From the NCBI GenBank assembly GCA_036172245.1, contig JAYWIR010000022.1:2480001-2544000 (forward strand): 64,000 nucleotides of DNA, written 5' to 3'. The notes below the pieces were generated by a model. That model did not search any database. It was not told the DNA's origin and saw nothing but the letters and a program-made list of their open reading frames with translations. This DNA comes from Raillietiella orientalis. Taxonomy: Eukaryota. A program made the position numbers and the translations under genes. Below are positions 12,142-23,840 of this stretch, one piece after another. The number at the start of each line of letters is the position of its first letter. The stretch's first letter is position 1.

Positions 12142-13720
12142 GCGATGCAGAAGCTCCAGTAGAAGATCCTGTCGAACGCCTTATGGAGATTGACTGCGAT
12201 TGCTAGGGCATCCTTGCCCGCCTGGCTGTCCCCACCCTGACCAGCGGTCACCCTTAAATTGGAGTTGCCGACAGATCCCTTCCGCTCTTTAACTTCGCCT
12301 TGCACATAAAACCATGTGCTGGCGAAGGACAGGTTAGCCTCCATACTTCGCCCGGGAACAGCGTAAGTCTGCTCCGGGCTAATTACGGATTCGACTACCT
12401 GTCCGAGCCGCGCAGCCCACAGTTTCGCGAGCAACTTGACGTCCGTGTTCACAACCGTGATTAGACGCCAGTTGTTCAACTTACGAAGGTCTCGTCCCTT
12501 AGGAAGGAGCCTCATCCAAGCTGACCGGAACGAGGCAGGAACATCGCCTTCTTCCCGCATCACCTGTGTCAACCTATGCACTAAGGGGGTCATCTCTGCC
12601 GCGAAGGTTTGAAAAAACGCCGCGGGCAGACCGTCCTCCCCTGTTGCCTTCCGCCTCTAGAGCCCTTTTATCGCGGTGAAGATTTCACCGGTCGTAAAAG
12701 GCTCGTCGAGGCTTTCTTTCTCCTCCTCCCCTATGGCCGGGGCTCCGTCCGGGAGCAACAGTCGCGAGGCATCCCGCTCGGGAGGCGCCCTGGCGTATAG
12801 GGAGGAATAAAATTCCCGCAGGATGTGTCGAATCGCGGACAGGGCCGAATGTTCCCGGTCCTGGTCGTCCAGCAGAGGGGGGCGCCCGGACTGCCAGGCT
12901 TGGCGCTCAGCCCCGGCTCGGTACTCGGCCAGGCGACGGACGTTGGGGGTCCTTGCGTAACGACAGGCGTATAAATACGCCCTTTTGTTGCGAATACCTT
13001 CCCCAAACCCCGAGGGAAGGCGCCCCAGGGGAAACTCCTCACAGAACTCGCGGACCGAACGCTTGAAGAAGTCCCAATCCTCGAGATTCTGGAGGGTAAC
13101 GCCTCTCAGGAATTGGCGGAGATGATCCACCGCACCTGGGAGCCTCGTCCAATCCCCTGGCAGACGCCACGCCCTGGATGGGGGTCCCTTATCGCGTGGC
13201 CAAACATCGAACATCAGACAGAAATGGTCGGACAGCGTCGACGGGAGCCTTCCTCTTTTACTGACTCGTGTACACAGGTCGTGGTCGAGGAAAACGTGAT
13301 CGATGCTGTCCTCCATTTCCGGGTGTCCCTCCATTAAGTTGCGCGCACGCATGGCGGAGCACAACTCGATCGGCGCGTTCTTCTGCGTGCAGCACGCACC
13401 TGAGAGCAGGCGGAGGTTAAAGTCCCAGCTATCAGGTGGGCCTTGTGCACTCCTGCATCAGTCATCCAGTCGCGCTTTAGGTACTGGAAGAACTGAGTAC
13501 TATCCGCGTAACCTTTGCGGCCGCTCGGAGCGTAACGATGGTGATCGATCGTTGGTAACGATGAGATCGATCGTGTCGGACCAGCTGAGAATCAGCTGTC
13601 CAACCCGACCATTGTCATCGAAGCGCACGTTCCTCACAGAAGCGTCGACAGCTGGCTTTAAAAACAACGCGACACCGCAGGTGTTGCGGTCGCCGCATCG
13701 CCAATACAACCGACCCCCTG

Positions 13721-15361
13721 GGTCCGCCTGGGGATCCCGACCGCTTCCTCCATGCAATATCTGGGCGTTCCGCTGGGGAACATCAGCCCAGTAGAAGTGT
13801 GGTCGGACTGCCTTCGGAAGGCTTCGAATGCCCTGAGCCCGTTCCACCATGGCAGGTTCGTCCTGCCGGAGCGGGCCACGATATGGAACACCTTCGTTGC
13901 CCCCCTCTTGCGCCCCCTGCTTTTTGTTTGCCCGCCCCCCTACGCGGCCAAGCTCCAGGCGCACAGCCTGTTGAGGAACGCTCTGTGGGGACCTGCGAGG
14001 TCCAGGATCCGCCTGAAAGACTTGGCGGCTCCGCGTCGGGATGCTGGCTTAGGCATCCTGACGCTGGAGAGAATCGAGCTGCAGGTGCAGCTTCGGATGT
14101 TGGCCCTGTGCGCCAACCTTTGGTCCACTCCGTGGTGCGCTCCCGCGCGCCTGCTTCTGCGGCGCTGCACAGGCAGCGATGGACTTCTGTCGCTACGGCC
14201 GCACACGGAGCGCGCCACGAGAAGCTTCGGTTTCCCCTTGAAACCGCTCTACCGGCTCCTGGAAGGCCCAAAATGGATCTCCTGCCGCCCAACGAACTTT
14301 GAAGCCTGGCGGCAGGAACCGTTGCATGGCTGGGCAAAGCACCAGGATGTTTCCCTCCTGGAACTCCGTTGCGCCCACCTCTTCCCGTACTGCACGGTGG
14401 ATGAGGTGTGCAACAGCCAGGAGAAGTGGACCCGCCTGGCCGTCACCCCCCTCGCCGACGCACTGTCAGCCCTCAGGGCAAGAGATGACAGTTGCGAACC
14501 GGCGAGATGGGAGGTCGCCTGCACCATCGCAGGAACAACGCGACCTATTGGCGGCTGGAGGACATGCGAGCTGGCGGACGCCGCCACGCCTCGCCACGTT
14601 CCGAAGGGACTCCTTCGGTGGAGCGAACACTTGAGTGTGCCCCCCGAAGAACTTGTGGTCCCTCCCTCCTGTTTGAACACTTCTGTGTTCCCCCTTTCGT
14701 GGAAGCAGGACGTCTTCATGCTGGTGCATTGGGGTTTTCACTCCAACCAGCGGACGAACCGTGTTTCCGGGGGAGTTGTCTCCCCAAACTGTAAGCGGTG
14801 CGGGGAAGTGGAAACGCTCCCCCACCTGCTCCTGGAATGCGGTGCCCTCCTAGGACTGTGGCGGAGGCTGGCCTCAGCTATCCTGCACCAGGGGGACACC
14901 GCGAGGGATTTGATGCGCCGCTTCTTCACGCCAGGCGGCCTGTCCTTAGGTGCTGTTTTTGCAACCGTGTGTTGCATTCGCGCCATCGACAAGGCCCACC
15001 GACAACTGGAGAAGTTGGCCATCCTTCGTCAGCCCATTGGATTAGCCAGCACAAGCATGTCGTCGGCTGCCGAGTGGGCCCATCTGCCACAGGACGTAAG
15101 GAGAGAGATCGCCGGCATCCATCGCCGGTTTTGAAAGGAAGGAACGGACTCACCAAAGACCCCTGTCCCCTGCCCTCCATATTTTTATTTTTATTTTTTT
15201 ATAGTAGTGTATTTGTGGTCCCCTCCCTCCCGTTCCGGACTTTCGGCATACCGACCTGCGTGTCGGGGATCCCACCCCCTTCGTCTCTTGTGTTTCCTTT
15301 GTCCGGGAACTCTGTTCCCGGATAGTTTTTCAATAAACGCTCCGGCGCACCCGGGTGATAA
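13721..15361 (+). mobile_element. 5'-truncated L1/Tx1-like LINE copy B, inserted into copy A
   Basis: Open ORF 13752-15134 homologous to the copy A C-terminus (QYLGVPLG, LRPLLFVCP, CKRCGEVETLPHLLLEC). Carries the terminal motif at 15332-15358 and a 15-bp TSD ACAACCGACC[C/T]CCTG (13706-13720 and 15362-15376). Confidence 0.9.
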
Positions 15362-15450
15362 ACAACCGACCTCCTGCGATCCTCTCGATCTCCTCGACGT
15401 CTCTTGCAGGGATCACGTGGATCTGCTGTAGAAGCCCCAACCCTTCGTCG

Positions 15451-16300
15451 CGAGGGAAAAGAGGGGAAAGCCGTCCTCTGGGAACAGGGATCGGCACCCG
15501 GGTTCCTCCTCCGCGCGCCGGGTGAGGTTGGCGTGGAGACGAATCGGAGTTTGCTTTAGAAGCAGATGAGGCTAGGAACGAAGCGGTAAGGCCCCTCTCT
15601 GCCTCTCTGCTTCCGGTGGCAGCGTGCAAGGCCCGTTGGGGAAACCTGCCCGACGGCTCTGGCCCGCGCTCCTCAGGGCTCTCAGACAGGAGGGCAGGCG
15701 GATGGCAGCCACCGCAGGAGAGACGAAACAACGGGGCGAGACGACCTGGCCCGGTGCTTTCGACAGCACCTCGCGGAACGGAGGACGGCCTTCCCGAGGC
15801 GAAAGAACGATGGGCGAAGAAGGATCTGACACTGCTGATGCTCTTTTCCCGTTCCCGTCCCCTAGGGAGACCGGGAAGCGGCTCCAGAGGAGAGCTGCGA
15901 TGAGCACTCCATGGAGCACGTGGGCAGCGCTCGCAACGTGGGAGCGCTTCGTGAAGAGCAGCTGCGGAACTCGGGGCCGGCCCGCCCGCGAATCCAGAAA
16001 GCCGCGGCACGTCCGCTTCGGGAGGTTTGGACAAACTCCAGTTCTCCGGGAAACCGGGTAGGCCAAACAGCGACCTCTGTAGGTCAGTCTTGCTCTTTCG
16101 GGAAACGGGAAGCCCGAAAGAGCAAGACTGACCTATTCTGCGCCGGTCCTCGATCCCCCAAGGGGTGGCAAAATGGGGCCCGATTTGCCAGCGGAGGCGA
16201 CCTCCTGACGTTTCCTTGTGGAAGGACCCTGAGAGGGTCCGAACTCGGACGGAGAGACTGCAAACGCAGAGGCACTGCCGGCCTGAGGAGTCCCCGGAAG
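15451..16300 (-). mobile_element. Older LINE 5' remnant (ORF1 knuckle)
   Basis: LPRCERC..H knuckle-like motif at ~15930 with nucleotide similarity to 7215-7250. Confidence 0.4.
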
Positions 16301-16329
16301 ATCCGCTTCGCCCGCTGAACGCTGATCAG

Positions 16330-18002
16330 TGACGGGACAGCGACAGGGCGTGTGCGGCGGAGGATCGAATGGAAGCCTGGCGAGAGCTCCTGGAATGGGC
16401 CTGGATGCGGTCCCGTGGGCAGCCTTCCTCCTCAAGGGTGCTCCCCTCACGGGAAGGAGACGTTCCTCGGAGAGCACCATTCGAGGGTGAAAGGCTTCTC
16501 GACAGCTTTCTTCAAAGAGCGTTCGGAACTGCGGGACGACAAGGGAGGAGGAAAAGATCCCTTGATAGGTCCACCGTCCCCTACTTTTTGTTTGCCGCCG
16601 CCGAATGGCATTAAAAGACGGACGAACGACCTCCTCAGAATTCCCCTGTGAGGCACAAGGAGGCCCCCTAGTCCTTCTCAAAGACTTGTGCGTTCCGAGT
16701 CGCGGAGGAGACCTCGACCTTCTGACGCTGGAGCACCTGGAGCAGTAGCCCCAGTGAAGGACGTTTTCCCTAGTGGCGAAGATGTGGAGCACCAGCTGGT
16801 GTAAGCCCGCACGACACTTGGTCAAGCGAGCCACCTGCTACGCGGGACTGCCTTCGTTCCTGGAGCGGTGGCGCAGACGCAACGTATCTGCGTCACCACT
16901 GCGGGCTGAAACTTCGGTGGGAGGTAAAGCTGACAGAGGCCAACAACTGGATCTTCTGCTGGTCCGCGAACGGTAACGCCCGGTTGCAGGAAACCGTTCG
17001 CACGTGGGCCAAGATGAGCGAAGAGAGCCTGGAGATGCGGCAGCAACTGCTCCACCCCTTCTGCAACAACTGCTCGCTGCAAAACGTCATCGTGAATGTG
17101 CGTGGGCGCAAAGAACCTCCCTAGCCGCGCCACTACCTTCCCTCAGGGAACAATTGTCAGTAACCAGCCGGTCAAATGGGAGGTCCGATGCGAGATCGGA
17201 GGAAGAGCGAAGGAATTAGGTGGTGGTTCCCCACGGACCAGCTCTCAGCTATTATTGAACTGGGGTGAGCTGCTGGGAATCCCGCAGGAAGACCTCAAGT
17301 GGCCGCCAGCGCTGGAGAACAATCGGGCCCTCCCCCTGAAGTGGCAGGTGTCGGCATTTCTGCTTCCTGGTGCTGTGGCACGGGAGTCTCCCGTGCAACG
17401 CCCGCCGCTCTCATTGCACTTGGGGGACTGTGAACCCCAACTGTTGCAGGTACGGGGAGAGGGAATCACTCCCCCTCACCTGCTGGCAGACTGTGTTGCC
17501 CTCCGGCCCCTGTGGTTGCGTTACGCAACGACCCTTGGCCCACCGACGGACGAAGCGCTTCTTCGTGCGCGGCACCCTTTCGCCTGCTGCATCCCCAGTA
17601 GCTCTTTGCTGCTGCCTACGCGGGATTGCCGCGGCCCGGAGCTACGCGAGAGGAGGACGGCGCGATCGGAACGCCATCTGCCCTTCGCCCTGCGCTTCAT
17701 GAGGACGACAGCAAGATGGCCCCAGCTGGGGCATACTCGGATGGAAGTTGCCGGCATCCTGGAAAGGATGCAGAGGACGTCCTCCAGCTCCCGCTGACCC
17801 CTTCCCTAACCCTCCCAAATTTATATATATATATATATTTGTTTTGTTTTTATTTTCGTTTGTCCCCTCCCCTTTCGCTGCCGAGGCGAACCTCGCCGGA
17901 GTGCGTGGAGTTTCCGAGCATTTTCGGACAATGTATGGCCGATGGCCCTACGCATGTATGTTTATTTTGTATAATAAACGTCCCGACGTGACCAGGTGAT
18001 AA
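16330..18002 (+). mobile_element. Degenerate 5'-truncated L1/Tx1-like LINE copy C
   Basis: Fragments IKRRTNDLLRI, WEVRCEIGGR, WGELLGIPQEDLKWPP and PHLLADCVALRPLW match copy A. Terminal motif at 17973-17999. Confidence 0.8.
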
Positions 18003-18729
18003 GCCAGTGGGTCTCTCGAAGTAGGTACTTCAAGGATCGTGGCCAGCCGTGGCGTCACGAGAGGGCGCTCCCCTTTTCCAAGGAGAACCCCGAGGCAAAA
18101 TCACCTCTGGGGCAGGTGAACAAGAATTCCCTCGGTCTCTGTCAGCCACACCGCTGCCTCCTTTTCTCGTCTTGAGGACAGACCACGGTGGGGGCCTGAG
18201 GAACGCAAGAAGGGGGGGAGAAGTAGGAAACCATGCGCCTGGACTCTAGGGGAGCCCAGGATCACCGCGAGCTGCCAAGTGCTTTCGCGCGTGAGAGAAC
18301 TCCCACCTTCGCCTCCTCCTCATCACGTAGTATCGATCTTCCTGTGCCGCAGGGAGGCAAAGGGCGGAGGTAGGCATGGGAAGGGAAGGAAGCAACGGAG
18401 GCGGATTTTCAGAGGCCCCCATCGACTCCTTGAACGGGAACCGCATCCTCTTTTCCCTACTAAAGGGGGTCAGAGCGTTTGCTTCGAAAGCGAGGTGGGT
18501 CCGAAAGATTTATCTCCACGCCAAGCAGTTTGCTCTGGGTAACAAGCGGGAGGGGGGGGGGAGGAAAGGGGGAAATAACGATAAATGAGGGCGTGCCCTA
18601 AGCGTGTGCATTTCCTTTAGGAGGGGGCCCCGGCCGAAAAGAGGGAAGAGAGGGAAGAAGGGCGCGTCTCTCGTTGTGATGAGTCATTCTCATCGTTCTA
18701 GTTTCCACCAGACGCTGTTCCCGCCACCG

Positions 18730-20330
18730 CCCTCACGACGGGATCAGATTGATTGCGGTTGCCATAGTTGAGAGATGGACCGAGGGCTTGCAGGCGACGA
18801 ATGCGCAGTTCCTTCGAAGGACAGGCGGCCTGCTCTTTCCTGCCCGCCTCAGTGGCGCGCCCTCGCGACCCCGCCCGAGGCTCCCGAGCGCGCGGAGAGA
18901 TGGCGCCACCGACTTCTGTCGCCGTCTCCGGGAGCTCCTCGTTGGGTCCACGCTGGCGAGGATGCTCCGAAAAATGCTCAGCGCTATACGGGGGGGAAAG
19001 GGGGGAGACGAGTTCGAGTCAAGATGAGCGCGCTCGCGAGGGAAAGGGGGTGGAAGGGTCCGGAAGCTCGCTTTCTTCAAAGCGAAGACGGTCGGCAGGA
19101 AGAAGGCGCATGCGTCTTTTGGATGCCTCGGACCGTGCTCCGCCGATCCACTTCAGTGGGCGGCGCTCTTCACATCGAACGTGTAGGGGTACGTCCATTC
19201 CACTTCCTCAAACGTCCTTGGCTCGCGTCGCTTGAGTTTTGGCTTCTCCCAACCCAGACGGCACCAAGGTCGACCTATCTATCTTTTTTTTTTTTTTTTC
19301 ATTCGTTCCGCTTCGGCTGAGGGATGTCCCGACAGAAATGAGCTCGCCCGTCTTCTGCAGTAGAAGGGCGGCAGAGCCTTGTGGCGATCCCCCCTCCCCC
19401 CCCACGGGGAAGACTATGGGGGCTCGGGGGAGGGAGATGGGTGGGAGGAAGCGAGCGATCGTGATCTTTGGTCGCGCCACTGGGACGTGGGGATTCCCTT
19501 CACCCCGATCCACGGGATGGCGCGCCCGCACCGCCACCGCGTAAGCGATCCGCCCACGCACGATAACGGAGGGGGAGGGGAAGGGGGGACAGTCAGCTGC
19601 TCTGCCGCATCCGTGACTGTGCGCGCCTCCGTGCAAGATTCGCGCCTTTAGCCAAAGAAAAGACTCCGAAACGCCGGGAAGGAGAAACGGAAGCGGATTC
19701 GACGTCCCGGGTGGGATCCTCGAGGGTCCGCGCTGCGGACCGAAGCGCTCGGCAAGGAATCCGGGCTGCCAGCTCGTACAGCCCAACGACGCGCAGTTCT
19801 TCTGGCAAGGTACGAAGGGGAAGCAGAACACACAAAAGACGTCCTTCAGGAGATCTCGAACGAAAGGTCGTCCGAGGAGGAATCGATCGGAGATTCGGTT
19901 CCGGAAGACGAGCTGCGATACGGAAGTCGTTCTTGGCAGAGTATGCGGCATCCTCGAGCTCCAGGATTGCGCGCTATCGGGGGAGGAAAGAAGCTGCGCA
20001 GATGCGGGACTGGTGGTGGCGGTGCTCCCACCTCCGGCGGAAGGAGCGTGCCCGCCGCCCACGCAGCTTGCCGCGCGCTCCTCCAAAGGGCACGGGAAAG
20101 AGTTCCCACGCCGACACAGCTCCGCCGCGGTCACATGAAGGTGGGAGGTCGCCTCCGTGGTAGCGCAGGCTGACGACGCCGTGGTTCAAATGGTCCCGGA
20201 AAGCTCCCGGAAACGTTCCGAGGCAGAGGTTGGATGGACTTCCAGGATTTGCCGACCCTTCTCCGTTTTCTATTTTAGGAACCGTCCAGCTGTTCAACTT
20301 ATTTTTATCACCGTTCGCGCCGGAATCCCT
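18730..20330 (-). mobile_element. Degenerate DIRS-like retrotransposon RT/RNaseH region
   Basis: In order on the minus strand: SWTVPKIENG, GGDL..SCD, FVPCQKNCASLG, EWT..F, EVDR, PPFPPRIALSIF. These resemble DIRS motifs F.VPK..G, P.Q...LG, EW.L, EVDLFA and YAFPP. Confidence 0.5.
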
Positions 20331-22074
20331 CCCTTCACGTCCTGGCAGGGAAGACGTTCCCGCCAGTCCGCTTCCGCCGTACCGCTCCGCCTGCGGGTAA
20401 CTCCAGCGGGGCGAAGATAAAAAAGGGGAGGCGGCACCGGCAAGCGTTTCATGTGTGCGCGGTGCCTCGCACGTTCGCACCCCCTGGTTGGCGACGCTGC
20501 TCGGAACGGCTCCAACCGGGAGGCTGCGGGAGCCACGGAGGACCGCTTCGAAAATTCCAGCACTTGGTCGCCATGGCGAACATCTCGAGCATGTGCGCGC
20601 CGATTCGCGCGTTGCAGTGGACTCGGGGAGAGGGAGGAGGCGACCACCAACAGTGGGCAGGCGGCGAGCTTCTTCCTCCCGACCGCCTCGCGCGCTCCCG
20701 TCCCTCCAGGAATGGGGGGGGGGGGGCATTCCGTTCGCCGCCGCCGCGGCAGTTCACGCGAACGTAGGTCCTTCCACTTCGTGGAGCTCGCATGCGAAGC
20801 CTCGTCCGACGGAAGCACCACCGCGCGATGGTGCGGAGTCTGTTGGCGCCTTGCTGAAAAGGACGTACCGACGCCGCCCTGATGGCACAGTCTAGCGAGG
20901 AGGCGAACGGGGTGTGACGTGAAGGAAAAGGGTGCAGCACAGGGTCTACCGGGGCGCGACCTTTTCAGAGCCGAGATCCTGCGTGGCTTTCCGGTTGGGG
21001 GCCTGCGAAGAGTTGCAGCAGACGCCTGGCACTTCCACACGTGGAAAACTCGGCCACTCGTGGGGAGAGCAGTACGTGAGAAGGAAAAAAAAAATAAATA
21101 AATAAAAAAAATGGGGCAACGGAGTAGGTGCCAGGAGCTCCCTTATCGATCCAGAGCCTCTCTCGCCTCGGCGGCTCGCTTAATGAAACGTTGCGTCTGG
21201 ACGTTCTCAAACCCGAACGGTTCCGATGGCGCGCCTTGCACGTTTCCATAGCGCATCGGCGCTTGACGGGAACCAGCAGCCTCGCCGAGACAGTCGCCTC
21301 CCTTTGCTCGGGATGCGAACTGTTCCCGCGCCCAGCTTCACAGTCGTTTCACTCCGACGTGGGCGTGGCATCCGCGCCGACCTTCACCGCTCCATCTACG
21401 CTCCACGTCTATTGCGGTCCCCAAAGAGGAGACCGGGGTCGGGGAGCAGGTGCGCCCAAGTGGCATGGCCGGGAGGAGGAGGGCGCTGGATGTGCTCGAG
21501 GCGGGGGCAGGCTCTGCGGGGCTTGCGACCTCGCTGGTAGTCGAGCTTTCCCACACACCACGAGAGCTGCGCAGCCTGCGAAGCGCGGAACGCGAGTTCG
21601 CCAACAGCCCGGGGCAGGATGCTGCTGCTCTGCTCGCGCGCTGGCGACATGGGGTTGCAGCTCGGCGCCTTCGCGCGGGCAGGCGCGCACCGCTTCGCAG
21701 GATGCGGTTCCCCGGGAATGCCCACGTTCCCGCCGAAGCCACTTTCTTTGCAGCCAGCCAGAACAAGCGACGACGCTAAAAAGGAAAAGGGGGGAGGAGG
21801 AAGGGGGGGGGGGGGCAACACGGTGTGTTACATCCCGCGAACAGGTGCATGACCGAACGAGGTCAAAAAAGTGAAAGATCCGGCACCACGGCATGTAATG
21901 TAAACGGTGGTTTATTGGTTCAGTCCGGATGCGTTGCATCGCAGTAGAAAAACGTACGGGAACTGTATGCGTCTCTCACTGAACACACGTGACCACCGAA
22001 GCACGTTCCAAATGGACCCATTCTGCGTCACGGTGTCAGTCCGGTTTTTTTTGTACTTTCGGGGTCAGCGACAC

Positions 22075-23840
22075 TCAATGTATAAATCGGGAACCAATGT
22101 TATGGCACAGGCAGAATGCCATGCAGGCACAAACCACTTCGATGGCCGCCACGACGGCGGCGATTATAACGACCAGCTTCAGATTGGTCTCCAGAAGGTT
22201 GAGGAAGGCTGGGATGCAGCCCTGTGGGACGCAGCTGTCACGGCAAATTCGCCCACTAACGAACCAACACCTACTTTCTTGTAATAGGAATTCTGCTCCG
22301 TCGGGTACATGGGGCACGTGCGATCTATCGGCGTCGGGGGTTTCGTGCTGAAGTCCATTATACAGCATGCCGGTGGCACTTTAAACGTCGGGGGCACCTC
22401 ACGGTGCCACTTTTCCACGTGCTCGAAGTCGGAGCCGTCGTGAACACCGCAGCAATGGAACTGACCGCACGTTGGCAGCAAAGGGGAATGAATCTTTGGT
22501 TGCCTTACTTCAACCATGAAGAGATCCCAAATCATGCTGAAGGCCGAGCTGTTGTTGTTCTGCGTGGATTCGTATTCCTCTGTCAGTTTCACGTAAAGCT
22601 GCTCGCTCAGCTGCTCCTCGAACTGGAAAACGGCATCCCGTGAGGCGCGTTTCGGCGTCGGAGGCTGGGACGAAGCGACGACGGGGGCGTGCCGGCACCA
22701 CAGGGAGAGCAGGGGGGGGGGGGAAAGGGTGTCGGTTCCAGCAGCAGAGGGGATCCGAAGGCGTCCCGGAAGCCTTTCTCCGGGAACGCAGCGGATTCGA
22801 AAGGAAGCTGGAGGTCGCCCGCGGCGCAACCCGAATCTGAAGTGCGCGTTCCCTTTGAGCCTGCTCTCCGGATCGCACTTCAGCACTCGAAGCATCCTCC
22901 TGCACCGAGGTGCCACCGAGTTGCAGGACTCGAAAAAAAAAAAAAAAAAGAGAGAGAGAGAGAGAGAGAAAAGGCAGGGAGGAGCCTCGCCGTGCGTTTA
23001 CGCGCGAGGATGAACACACAGCCGGGCTGCCCCGGGGCGCGCGCAACAGGTTGCTGGTCCACGCGGTGGATTCGAGAAGAGCGCACGGCGCGCGCAAGAA
23101 CCACACAAGAGCACAGGCCGGGTCGTATCAGCAGATCCCCGAGGTCACGGTGCTTGGGGGAGCATCCCGTGTGCTTGCGCGGAGTGCGTGGGATTAAAAG
23201 GAGGGGCAGAAGAAGAAGGGAAAAAAATCGGAACCACTTACTTTGCCTTTGTTGGTGAGGATCAGGGCTATGGCCGCTATCTCGAGAACGAAGATGAGCA
23301 CAATGGCAATGCCATACTAAAAGGAAACTCTGGCGGTGGATGGGCGGACACCCACGACCACTTACGCAAGCAAGTAGCACCCGGTTCTCGCACAAGGCAC
23401 CGCAACAGCCGAAGAATCCAAGCAAGACCAGCAAAGCCCCGGCAGCAATCAAAATGTACCCAAACTGTTGCAGGGGCAGTCCCTTGGCCAATGGCTGTAA
23501 AAAAAAAAAAAAAAAAAAGACTGTAAAAGGATCTCAAAGGCCGGAAAAAAAAGGGAAGAAAAGGGTTCGTGCAACGATCCTTCTCGAATTTCAAAGGAGG
23601 AATCGGCCTTACTTCCAAGTTCACGTCCACAGTTATGACGGAGTTGAAGAATTCCTTGAACACAGCCTTATCAAAGACTATCAGTATGCCACATGCTGAC
23701 ACTCCGCAGCCGCTAAGCTGAAAACCTCCACGTTTTTTTTCTTCTTCCTTACGCAACACGCCCGATCTACTTACGAAAATAACGAAATTGAAGAAGCACA
23801 AGATGTATTTAACCAGAGAGGAGCCACAATCCAATCCCAT
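22075..23840 (-). CDS. Tetraspanin family protein; exons 23840-23775, 23717-23613, 23494-23366, 23316-23242, 22622-22509, 22460-22275, 22221-22075
   Basis: GT-AG splicing gives a continuous frame: MGLDCGSSLVKYILCFFNFVIF (TM1), GFFGCCGALCENRVLL, TM3 with VLEIAA, large loop with FHCCG, VPPACC and GC, then TM4. Confidence 0.95.

Larger units (their letters stand above)
10118..15439 (-). mobile_element. L1/Tx1-clade LINE copy A (APE-RT-CCHC, frameshifted), interrupted by copy B
   Basis: APE: LLQQIH, CGVALFL, DDNGR, GDFN-like, SIDHVF, LSDH. RT: NWRLITVVNTDVKLLAK, PEQTYAVPGR, HKAFDR, GIRQGDSLSPLLF, AYADD, YLKYLG. C-terminal CARC..ESLPHLLFDC. Flanked by the perfect 11-bp direct repeat ACCCTTCGTCG (10107-10117 and 15440-15450). 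Confidence 0.9.

Noticed and set aside
10118..15361. Head-to-head LINE pair as a twin-priming 5' inversion
   Set aside because: Both parts contain their own diverged C-terminus and 3' end, and copy B has its own TSD, so this is a nested insertion.
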